Of a stretch of 64,000 nucleotides of DNA, positions 27,814 through 36,122 are shown one piece after another. Both the position numbers and the translations under genes were made by a program. How positions within the stretch are numbered: position 1 is the stretch's first letter; each line of letters starts with the position of its first letter. Origin of the DNA: Poseidonia sp. (lineage in GTDB: Archaea > Thermoplasmatota > Poseidoniia > Poseidoniales > Poseidoniaceae); NCBI GenBank assembly GCA_040261535.1, contig JBDQNU010000007.1, positions 1,927-65,926 on the forward strand, in the 5' to 3' direction. A model generated the notes under the pieces. That model worked only from the letters and a program-made list of their open reading frames with translations, was not told the origin of the DNA and did no database searches.

Positions 27814-28670
27814 TCTTCTTCCTCCAAATTTGACTCAAAGACCACGCTGGTTCCAGCCATCAAATGCATCCCTTTGGGATGGTGCTCGCTTCCGTCCTCT
27901 GCGGTGATGATTGAAGAAATGTATGTCTCTGCAGGGACACGAAGGTCCACTCTTGAGCCCAAACGGATCATGCCGATGCGCTGTCCTCGGCGAACCGGTT
28001 CGCCGTCCAGCACGTAGGGCACCACCGTGCGAGCCAGCGCCCCCGAAATTTGGGTGAGTTCAATGCGGTGACCGTTTTCAAGGAGGTGCACCGAACGAAC
28101 GCGCTCGTTATGCTCGCTCTCTTTGGTGTAGGCGGCGCGGAAAGGCCCCCGTCGCAAGCCTTTGCCCGTACGATGTTCGATGCGCTCCACGAGCCCTGCA
28201 GACGGAGCACGGTTGACGTGAACATCGAGAGGCGACATGAAGACGGCCAGCCGCCAAACATCGGTGGGTTGCTCTTCTCCCGCTTTGACGGGTTCGTACC
28301 GCTGTTCGGTTTCAAAACTCAGCGGGTCGTCGAGGGGTTGGGGAAACCAATCGCCGGTCAGCGTATCGGTTTCCACGCGCCCTTCGGCGATGTCCGCTTT
28401 TGTCGGACGCCGGCCAACCGCACGCTCTCTGCGCAAAAACATGGCGTGACCGTCGGCGGGAGAGACCAGGATGCCTTCTTGACGAGGAACGGGCCGGTCC
28501 GGGTCTCGCCAAAAATAGCCAAAGAACACGGCCGTCATCAAACAGCCCATACCGAAGAGAGGAACAAGCCCAGCAACGGGGTCGATCAGCGAGCCGATGA
28601 CGAGGGCGCTTACGCCCATCATGCTCATCGTCAAGACGGGGGCGTGACCGCCCGGGGCCAATCCGGCCAT
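27810..28670 (-). CDS. psd: phosphatidyl/archaetidyl-serine decarboxylase proenzyme
   Basis: N-terminal TM helices and the self-cleavage motif in GQRIGMIRLGSRVDLRVP (LGS[RT]), near the C-terminus as in short-form PSDs. Confidence 0.75.
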   Translation of the reverse strand: MAGLAPGGHAPVLTMSMMGVSALVIGSLIDPVAGLVPLFGMGCLMTAVFFGYFWRDPDRPVPRQEGILVSPADGHAMFLRRERAVGRRPTKADIAEGRVETDTLTGDWFPQPLDDPLSFETEQRYEPVKAGEEQPTDVWRLAVFMSPLDVHVNRAPSAGLVERIEHRTGKGLRRGPFRAAYTKESEHNERVRSVHLLENGHRIELTQISGALARTVVPYVLDGEPVRRGQRIGMIRLGSRVDLRVPAETYISSIITAEDGSEHHPKGMHLMAGTSVVFESNLEEEE

Positions 28671-28678
28671 GCATTCAC

Positions 28679-29446
28679 CTACTCAGAGGCCCAAGGGTCC
28701 GCACCGTCGCCCCAACTCTCCTGTGGGGCGTCCTCTTCCGCAGACGCTTCAGGTTCGTCTGCTGGCGCTTCTTCAGCAACGGGAGCTTCCTCGGCGGGCT
28801 CGCTTGGCTCCTCAATGACCTCAACAGCAGCGGTGGAGGCTTCGGCCTCGGCGGCTTGGGCTTCTTCAGCGGCCAGTTCTTCGGAACGAGCTTGCACCAT
28901 CTCCTCCATGCGCTCGGTGAACACACGGGACATGTGTTGGGATTTGCGTTCGGATTCAACCGCACGCTCGATCATTTCGTAGCGTTCCTTGATGGCCTTG
29001 TTCAAGTCTTCAAAAATCTGCATGTGGGCGACGTACCAGTCGTCCCTGGCCTTCATTTCCGTCACGGCGAGGCGCAGGTCGTTGTCAAGTTCTTCAGCGA
29101 TGCCGAAGACCTTGCCCAAGCGGTCTTTCTCACGGGAGTACTTCTCTTCCATCTTCTCGAGTTCCGGTTCGAGGTGCTCCACGCGCTTGGAGGACTTCGT
29201 GGCTCGCATCTCAAGTTCGCGGGCTCGAACGTCCTTTTCGGCGATGATGGATTCAAGCGATTCTTTTTCGATCTCCCGGTCGATGATTTCCTTTTCCAAA
29301 ACCTCGATTTCCGCCTTGGCGTCAACGAGTTCTTTTTCCTGAGTTTCGTAGGCGGCAAACAGCTTTTGCAGGCGGTCGGTCTCGGTCGCCAACGCTTCTT
29401 CAAGTTCCTTGATTCGCACTTCAGGCGTGATGGTTCCTTCCGACAT
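28679..29446 (-). CDS. long coiled-coil protein with acidic Trp-containing C-terminal tail
   Basis: ~190 aa of heptad-rich E/K sequence, then an A/E/P-rich tail ending ESWGDGADPWASE. No family recognised. Confidence 0.5.
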   Translation of the reverse strand: MSEGTITPEVRIKELEEALATETDRLQKLFAAYETQEKELVDAKAEIEVLEKEIIDREIEKESLESIIAEKDVRARELEMRATKSSKRVEHLEPELEKMEEKYSREKDRLGKVFGIAEELDNDLRLAVTEMKARDDWYVAHMQIFEDLNKAIKERYEMIERAVESERKSQHMSRVFTERMEEMVQARSEELAAEEAQAAEAEASTAAVEVIEEPSEPAEEAPVAEEAPADEPEASAEEDAPQESWGDGADPWASE

Positions 29447-29456
29447 GCGTTCACCC

Positions 29457-29471
29457 GGAGGTCAAGCCTCC
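29457..29471 (-). promoter_or_regulatory. copy 3 of the recurrent motif, forming GGAGG-CTTGA-CCTCC, 13 nt upstream of the ATG at 29446
   Basis: Perfect 5-bp inverted repeat around CTTGA. It lies in the 100-nt spacer after pip. Confidence 0.3.
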
Positions 29472-29546
29472 ACATACGGCGAGTCCCCTCCTCCCTATCA
29501 AGCCGACGCTCCAAAGAGCACCGATTCGGCGGACATGACGGGCGTT

Positions 29547-30509
29547 TCACCGAAGGGCATCGGTCGCAGCGACCAACTCTCGTGCAATGCTGACCTCACC
29601 CATGGAGTGCCCTGCATCGGGGACGATGATGAGTTGGCTGTTGGGCATGGCTTGGTGGAGTTCCCAAGCGCTCCGGGTCGGGCAGACCACGTCGTAACGT
29701 CCCTGAACGATGACCGTGGGGACATGTTGGATGCGGTCGATGCGATTGAGGATATGGGCCTCTTCAACGAAGATGGCGTTGATGAAGTAGTGGCACTCAA
29801 TTCGGGCAAACGCCACTGCAAAATCCAAATCTTCGGCTTTGTCGAGGTACTCGGGGTCGGGATACAACCGGCTGGTCGCCATTTCCCAGCGGGTCCACTC
29901 CTTCGCTGCTGCTCGGCGAACCTCGACATCGTCGCTGGTCAGTCGCTTGTAATAGGCTGGAATCAAACGGTCTCGCTCGTCTTCGGGGATGTGGTTTCGG
30001 TAGGGCTCAAAGGCGTCGGGGAAGATATGGCTTGCACCGTCTTGATAGAACCAGTGCAGCTCCGAGGTTCGGCACATGAAGATCCCCCGGAGCACCAAAC
30101 TCAACACCCTCTCGGGATGGTTTTGCGCATAGATGAGCGACAAGGTCGAGCCCCAAGAACCACCGAAGACGTGCCATCGGTCAACACCGAGGTGTTTCCG
30201 CAGGCGTTCCATATCGTGAACGGAGGCTTGAGTGGTGTTGTCCGTGAGTTCGGCATACGGCGTCGATTGACCGCACCCTCGTTGGCTGAACTGGACGATG
30301 TTGAAAGCGGCCGGATCGAAGTATTGCCGATAGGACGGCTGAGCCCCGCCTCCCGGACCGCCGTGAACCACCAACACGGGAATGCCGTCAGGATTGCCGC
30401 TTTGTTCCCACGCGATGGTGTGGAGGTCCGAAACCGGCAACATGCCGGTTTGAACGGGCTCGATGGGCGGGTAGAGAACGTCAGCCAAGGTGGTCGTGGT
30501 GTCGAGCAT
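29547..30509 (-). CDS. pip: proline iminopeptidase (prolyl aminopeptidase, S33)
   Basis: VVHGGPGGG, FDQRGCGQS and the nucleophile GGSWGSTLSLIYAQNHPERV are all diagnostic of Pip. The 320-aa size fits. Confidence 0.85.
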   Translation of the reverse strand: MLDTTTTLADVLYPPIEPVQTGMLPVSDLHTIAWEQSGNPDGIPVLVVHGGPGGGAQPSYRQYFDPAAFNIVQFSQRGCGQSTPYAELTDNTTQASVHDMERLRKHLGVDRWHVFGGSWGSTLSLIYAQNHPERVLSLVLRGIFMCRTSELHWFYQDGASHIFPDAFEPYRNHIPEDERDRLIPAYYKRLTSDDVEVRRAAAKEWTRWEMATSRLYPDPEYLDKAEDLDFAVAFARIECHYFINAIFVEEAHILNRIDRIQHVPTVIVQGRYDVVCPTRSAWELHQAMPNSQLIIVPDAGHSMGEVSIARELVAATDALR

Positions 30510-30529
30510 AAACTCTCCACACCGAAGGC

Positions 30530-31213
30530 GTGCATCTTCCTTTCGCTGTGAACAGGTTCATGGACGACCGAAGACGGCCCGTGGACATGGGGCAACGAGA
30601 GGCCACAGAACTGTTCAGCGAGTGGGCCGATAACGGACGAGACGAGGGCATGGAACGCGGCCACACGCCAAGCGTATCGGTCATGCTCGAGCACCTGCTC
30701 GACGGCGTAACGGCCCCGTTCACCGCGATTGATATCGGATGCGGCAACGGCTGGGTGGTGCGAAAACTTGCAGCGCATCCCCTGTGCGACCACGCCTCGG
30801 GCGTGGACGGCGCACCCTCGATGATTCAGAAAGCCCGGGAGGTCGATCCGAACGGCGATTATGTTGAAGCGATGTTGCCTGATTGGAGCCCGTCGGAACC
30901 GGTGGATTTGGTCCACACCATGGAATGCTTGTACTACCTTCACGAGCCCGTTGCGTTCCTCGGCGAAGTGTACCAACGATGGATGAAACCCGGCGGTAAA
31001 ATCGTCATCGGCGTTGACCACTACCTCGAAAACCCCTCCAGCCTGGATTGGGGCGTTTCCCTCCACGTTCACATGACGACCTTGTCCATCGAGGACTGGA
31101 TTCAAGGGTTGAACGAGGTCGGGTTCGTTGATGTTCACACACAGCAGGTTGGCGCGAAGGAAGGGTGGAGCGGGACCTTGGTGCTCACCGCCTCAAAACC
31201 GGCGGTCATCTGA
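30530..31213 (+). CDS. class-I SAM-dependent methyltransferase
   Basis: Motif I AIDIGCGNGWVVRKL and a post-I acidic residue, in a ~200-aa Rossmann-sized protein. The start is uncertain (alternative Mets at MDDRRRP and MGQREA). Confidence 0.7.
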   Translation: MHLPFAVNRFMDDRRRPVDMGQREATELFSEWADNGRDEGMERGHTPSVSVMLEHLLDGVTAPFTAIDIGCGNGWVVRKLAAHPLCDHASGVDGAPSMIQKAREVDPNGDYVEAMLPDWSPSEPVDLVHTMECLYYLHEPVAFLGEVYQRWMKPGGKIVIGVDHYLENPSSLDWGVSLHVHMTTLSIEDWIQGLNEVGFVDVHTQQVGAKEGWSGTLVLTASKPAVI

Positions 31214-34200
31214 AACCCAACGGCTCCCCCTCGGGACCGCAGCGGCGCAAATCGCCGCGGTAAAACGGACACATCGTGCACGCCTTCGCCCCCGCCCCCA
31301 ATCGAGAGGGCACGGGCAAAGCGGGGTTAAGATGAACCGCAGTGCGCCACTTGAGGTGGTTGCGGAGAACGTCTTTCGCAAGCTCAAACCTCGTTTGCGT
31401 GAGTTGAATCAGGCGCCCGTTCGCCCCCACGAGCAAGGCCGGTGGTAACACTCGGCGACGTTCGTTCTCCGGTTTCGCTTCCTCCATCGCTTCCAAGGCC
31501 ACGGAATACAGCGTCAGTTGGAGTTCATGTTCGGCCAGAAGTTCCTCCTCGGCCTCCGATTCGGGGAAGAGCGAGAGTTCGGTCGGAGGAACGGCTTGAA
31601 GAGGGTGACCGGAGGCGGCGTCTTGGGCGTTGAAATCCTTCAGGCATCCTTTGGTTTTCAGGTCGACCACTTGGAGCGCCCCTTCACCGTCGCTGTTGGC
31701 GAGCGCCAGCACCAAATCGGCTCGGCCGCTGAAATCCATGTTGACGGCTTGCACGTCCGACGAACCGGTGGTGAGCGGGACCAGTTCGCGCATCGTCGCA
31801 TCGTCCATCGCCAACCGCTCTCGGTGGAAGAAAGGCAATTCGGTTCGGACGGCCTCAAGGGTCCATCCGTGGAGTTCCTCGCCCTGCGTCCAGCACCCAA
31901 GCACGCCATCATCGATGAGGCGGCCGAGATCCATCAACCGGTCCCTCCACCGAGCGGGGTCGGTGCCTTCGTCCTGCTCAAGACCGTAACCAAATTCGTT
32001 CATCACACGGGCGACGGTGGTTGAACAGGCCAAGTCGTCTTCGGAGGCGTGTTTCCACGACGGGCCCAACGAAGGAGCACCTTCAACGAACTTCAACGGA
32101 TTTTGCAACCCTATTTCCATCACGCGATGCATCATCAACCCGAATTCGGTGGGTTTGGGCCACGTCCCGTCGCGATGTTCGGCCAGTTCCGAGGAGGGGA
32201 GGCGGAAGGGTTCCGGCGTCCAGCCGTTCACGTGCTCAAGCCAATACCTCCGCTGGCACGCTGAGGTTGAATCCAAATGGTGCGCCGCCCCCTGCAGGGT
32301 GTCCACCACCTGCAAGCGGGGAGGGGACGGGGCGGGCCGATGGGGGCCTGTCGCCAGGTGCACCGCCAATTCACGCGCACGCAACTGAGCCGAACGCGGA
32401 GGTGTTGGGTCAAAGCACCTCGGATGATGGTACACCCGAAGACCACGCACACCGTCAACGCCCAACGGAGCCTCGTCAAGCAAACGAGCGGGGTCGAGCG
32501 GTGTCATGGTTTTCAGAGGCGTAAACAACGGTAGGTCAGCGGCATCAACCTCGCCTTCACTCAGCCAAGGAGCCGCCCCATCACCCGCACACCATGCCGC
32601 CCTGCGCAACCCTTCAACGAGCATTTTGCCCATGGTCCGAGGGTCCGGTTGAAGACGAACGGCAAGGGCTCCCGTTTCCTCATCAAAGGTGGACTGCTTG
32701 CCGGGAGAACCCGTGATGATGAGCCGGTCCCTCACCCGGGTCAAGGCGACGTAGAATTTTCGTCGCAGTTCCGCTTTGTCTTGGGCCTTGTTCATCTCCG
32801 TCGCAAACGACCACAGACCGTCCGCAGGCCGTTCCCGGGCCCGCCACGGCTGTATTCGACCGGCCACCACCTGAGGGGTGACAAGCACGTTGTCGGACAC
32901 CGCCATGCTCGCATCGGCCATGCCTGCGCTGAACAAGCCCGAAACGACCACGACGGGGGCTTGGAGTCCCTTTGAGCCGTGGATGGTCATGATTTGGACC
33001 GATGAAGCGTCCGCTTTTGCGATGGCTTGGGGACCTTTGTTTTCCAAGCCTTGAATGTCGACCATCCGTCGCTGCATGGCCGAAACATCGTGCCCGGTCT
33101 CTTTGCCGATGCCGTGAACCATCGTCAACCAAGCCTCGGCAAACTGGCGTTGAGCATCGTCGGGGTAGGCGACGAGGAGATCGGACCGGTCCAAAACGGC
33201 GTCAAACGCATCGTAAACCGCCCCCCATTGGATCAGGCGATGGAGGTCGTTCAGCAACGCCCGAACGGGTTCGGTCGGAGCATGCTCGAGAAGAGCGGGC
33301 CAGAGACTCTGCCCGGCTGGCGTCGCCACGAGCGCATTCTGGACCTGTCGCTCGGTCATGCCGATGACGGGTGAGCGAGCGAGGACGAAAGCCGAGGAAC
33401 GAGCGCTTGGGCGGGCCATCAAGGCGAGCAGGGCCATCAGCGGTTGAACCACAGGTTGGGCGAGCAACAAGCCTTGCCGGTCCGCCATTACCGGGATGTT
33501 TCGCCCACGAAGTCGTTCGACCAAATCCGGAAGGTGCTTTCGCGAGTTGACGAGGATCATGATGTCCTGTGGACGAACTTCGGGACCTTGCTCACCAACG
33601 GTCCGCCAGCCGGCGTTGGTTGCATCCCATACTCGTGTCGGAGCGTGCTGAAGGAGCGCATGAAGCCGGTCGGCGAGCAGTTGATGCTCCCGCTGAACCG
33701 AGGTGGCCGACGGGTCTTGGAAGGCATCGACCGCTTCATCGAGGTCAAGCGGAGCGGCCGTGACCGGGCCGGCGATGGGCAAAAGCCACTCGAAGACACC
33801 CGGGTCTTCCAACAAACGGGCCGGCCGCAAACGCTGCGCTTCGGCGTGCCAGTCGCCGGGGAGTTCGTGGTGGCGTGGATGGAAAACTTCGTCGAACATG
33901 TCGTTCATGGTCTCCATCAAATCGTGGCGTGTTCGATGGTTCGAAGTCAAGTCAACGTGACCTTCCGTCCGACGAACCAGACGTTCTCCGGTGATGGAAG
34001 GGAAGGTCGTATCGTCCTCGTCGGCGAACGGTACGTGGGTGTACGGAGCCGAACCCTCTCCGGTGTGTTCGTTGGAGAACGAGCCCGTTTCACCACCAGC
34101 ACCCACCGGTCTTGGGTCACGACCGCAACCGGGATGCCGGAGGTGGTCGAGCCGCGTATCGCCAAACTCCATGGCGTTGAACGCACGAATGGCGGCCACG

Positions 34201-36122
34201 GCACGCCGCATCACGGAAACTTCCGCTTGCCGGAACCTGTAGATGCTCTGCTTCATGTCACCAACGATGCAAACGGTCGGGTCCCACGGACCAAAGGGCC
34301 GTTCCGGGTCGTCACTCTCTCGCCTTCGCCGTCCCCAGAGGCGAGCCAGCAAACGATAGTGCGACGGGTTGGTGTCCTGGTATTCGTCGATGATGAACGC
34401 CCTGTATTGACGGCGGAGCTCGCTGAGAATGGAAAACCGGCGCTGGAGGTCCTCTTGGAGTTGTGGTCGGTCGTTCAGCATCGTCAGCGCACGGGAAACG
34501 TGGACGTCGCTCCACGGCTCGTCACCGAGGCCGTCGAGCACATCGATGACCTCGGGAGGGTAGAGGTGACGGCAGACGTCGGGACATCGGGCGAGCAAAA
34601 GGTCGGCAGCAAAGCGTTGCATATCGTCAAAATCATGCATACCGTCAAGCGATTTTCTCCTCGCCAAAATTTGCTGGCAGCCGGTGTGAAGAACCATGAG
34701 ATCGCTCAGGACCTCGGTTTGCAAGGAAGAGGTGACGTACATCTCCCGATCCGTCGGCTCGAGCGGGAGCGGTTCCTCAAGCGGGTCAAGGCGGAGCGGG
34801 CAATCGAGCGGCATGCCGTCAAATCCCGTGCCCGGTGAGAGCAAGAAAGCCGAACGTGCAAGAAGACGGATCAGGGTCCCGTCGGTCGAGTTCAACCGTT
34901 CGAGCAACGGTGGCAGCCGCGCTGCAGCCCGTGCGTAGAGCGCATCTTTATCGGCGCCCGGCATCCCCCGTACGTTGGATTTCGTCAAGAGACCGGAAGG
35001 CCATTCATCTCCGCTCGGAAGGTGCCCGCGGGGGAAAAAGGTGCATTGGGATTTGACGAGACCTGAACCGGTCGCCAACCCGAGGAAGACTTGCCACATC
35101 CAAGACAACTGCTCGCCAGGCTCATCCGAGGGTGGACTGGAAAGGACCCGACGCAGGTGGTTGTAGCGCGTCAAGACGGTTTCGGTTTCTGCGGGTGTCA
35201 CGCAGGAGGCGTGGTAGGGCGCAAACTCATCCAGCCACCCTCGCAGTTGATGGGCCACGCTTTCAACGAACTCGGGAAGAATGTCGGCCACCGGTGCGGC
35301 GATGGTGTTCAAGAGGACCTCGATGGGGGCGGGCCCCCGTCCGTTCCAGCCCAAGCCCATGTCCTGTGCTTGTTGTATCATGGAGCGGTGAGATTGCTCA
35401 ACGAAGAGCGAGCGCCCCAAAAGACCGTTGAGCACCACCTCGGCCTGATCTTGACCGCCCAGACGTGCGACCAAGCGGGTTCTTGATTCGAGGAAGGCGT
35501 CGTGGTGGTTGAGCAGGCCCGCTTCTCGGGCATCGTCCACCGAGCGTATTCGCCAAACGGCATGCAAGGTGTCGCGCAACATCAGCGGTGCGCGTTCCTC
35601 CGTTACCTGTTGATTGGACGGGTAGAGAGCCACCAAATCGATGAACGGAAGCACGAGTTGGTTGAGGAAGGCGTCAATGGTGGAGATGGGCGCTTCATCG
35701 AGCGCCGAGAGCAGCATCTCGACGTCGCCCTCGCTTCTCAGGCGAGGGTCGTGAATCCCTTCGTCATCATCATGAGCCAAGGGTGCTGCCCGACTCAAGG
35801 ACAGGCGGTGGCGGATTCGTTCCTTCAACTCCGCAGCGGATTTCCTCGTGAAGGTGATGGCGACGACTTCGGAAGGCAATAGCCCGGGCCAATGCGATAA
35901 CTCGGTGCGTTCTCGCTTGGGTGTTCGCAGGGCACCGTGGCCGCTCAAGGGTGTTCGAGGTCCGAGGGGTGTGACGAGGGTTGCTCGCTGTTGGGCGGCC
36001 ATCAGGTGCTGAACATAGCGCTCGGCCATGACGGTGGTCTTGCCCGTACCAGCACCTGCATCCAAAGCGATGTGGCGGTCGAGGTCCAATCCCAACCGTT
36101 GGCTGGTGTTGAATTGAATCAT
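31206..36122 (-). CDS. addA: AddA-like UvrD/Rep-family helicase fused to a PD-(D/E)XK nuclease carrying a Cas4/AddB-type Cys signature (1638 aa)
   Basis: SF1 motifs are present: I DAGAGTGKTTV, Ia ITFTRKSAAELKERI, II IIDEYQDTNPSHY, III VGDMKQSIYRFRQAE, IV TSNHRTRHDL, V TIHGSKGLQAPVV, VI YVALTRVRDRLII. The C-terminal nuclease has GRADLV...LQVVDLKTKG and QLTLYSVAL. Cysteines: ACQRRYWLEH upstream plus CTMCPFYRGDLRRC (nt 31239-31280). Confidence 0.85.
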   Translation of the reverse strand: MIQFNTSQRLGLDLDRHIALDAGAGTGKTTVMAERYVQHLMAAQQRATLVTPLGPRTPLSGHGALRTPKRERTELSHWPGLLPSEVVAITFTRKSAAELKERIRHRLSLSRAAPLAHDDDEGIHDPRLRSEGDVEMLLSALDEAPISTIDAFLNQLVLPFIDLVALYPSNQQVTEERAPLMLRDTLHAVWRIRSVDDAREAGLLNHHDAFLESRTRLVARLGGQDQAEVVLNGLLGRSLFVEQSHRSMIQQAQDMGLGWNGRGPAPIEVLLNTIAAPVADILPEFVESVAHQLRGWLDEFAPYHASCVTPAETETVLTRYNHLRRVLSSPPSDEPGEQLSWMWQVFLGLATGSGLVKSQCTFFPRGHLPSGDEWPSGLLTKSNVRGMPGADKDALYARAAARLPPLLERLNSTDGTLIRLLARSAFLLSPGTGFDGMPLDCPLRLDPLEEPLPLEPTDREMYVTSSLQTEVLSDLMVLHTGCQQILARRKSLDGMHDFDDMQRFAADLLLARCPDVCRHLYPPEVIDVLDGLGDEPWSDVHVSRALTMLNDRPQLQEDLQRRFSILSELRRQYRAFIIDEYQDTNPSHYRLLARLWGRRRRESDDPERPFGPWDPTVCIVGDMKQSIYRFRQAEVSVMRRAVAAIRAFNAMEFGDTRLDHLRHPGCGRDPRPVGAGGETGSFSNEHTGEGSAPYTHVPFADEDDTTFPSITGERLVRRTEGHVDLTSNHRTRHDLMETMNDMFDEVFHPRHHELPGDWHAEAQRLRPARLLEDPGVFEWLLPIAGPVTAAPLDLDEAVDAFQDPSATSVQREHQLLADRLHALLQHAPTRVWDATNAGWRTVGEQGPEVRPQDIMILVNSRKHLPDLVERLRGRNIPVMADRQGLLLAQPVVQPLMALLALMARPSARSSAFVLARSPVIGMTERQVQNALVATPAGQSLWPALLEHAPTEPVRALLNDLHRLIQWGAVYDAFDAVLDRSDLLVAYPDDAQRQFAEAWLTMVHGIGKETGHDVSAMQRRMVDIQGLENKGPQAIAKADASSVQIMTIHGSKGLQAPVVVVSGLFSAGMADASMAVSDNVLVTPQVVAGRIQPWRARERPADGLWSFATEMNKAQDKAELRRKFYVALTRVRDRLIITGSPGKQSTFDEETGALAVRLQPDPRTMGKMLVEGLRRAAWCAGDGAAPWLSEGEVDAADLPLFTPLKTMTPLDPARLLDEAPLGVDGVRGLRVYHHPRCFDPTPPRSAQLRARELAVHLATGPHRPAPSPPRLQVVDTLQGAAHHLDSTSACQRRYWLEHVNGWTPEPFRLPSSELAEHRDGTWPKPTEFGLMMHRVMEIGLQNPLKFVEGAPSLGPSWKHASEDDLACSTTVARVMNEFGYGLEQDEGTDPARWRDRLMDLGRLIDDGVLGCWTQGEELHGWTLEAVRTELPFFHRERLAMDDATMRELVPLTTGSSDVQAVNMDFSGRADLVLALANSDGEGALQVVDLKTKGCLKDFNAQDAASGHPLQAVPPTELSLFPESEAEEELLAEHELQLTLYSVALEAMEEAKPENERRRVLPPALLVGANGRLIQLTQTRFELAKDVLRNHLKWRTAVHLNPALPVPSRLGAGAKACTMCPFYRGDLRRCGPEGEPLGFR

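Noticed and set aside
29409-30551. 380-aa plus-strand ORF, and the 345-aa minus-strand ORF at 30101-31138
   Set aside because: They are antisense to pip (diagnostic GGSWGSTL and other motifs) and to the SAM-methyltransferase (motif I) respectively. No motifs of their own.
33444-34838. 464-aa plus-strand ORF (and the similar 36296-37423 ORF, 375 aa)
   Set aside because: Antisense to the addA-like and addB-like genes, which carry complete helicase and nuclease motif sets. These are GC-driven shadow ORFs.
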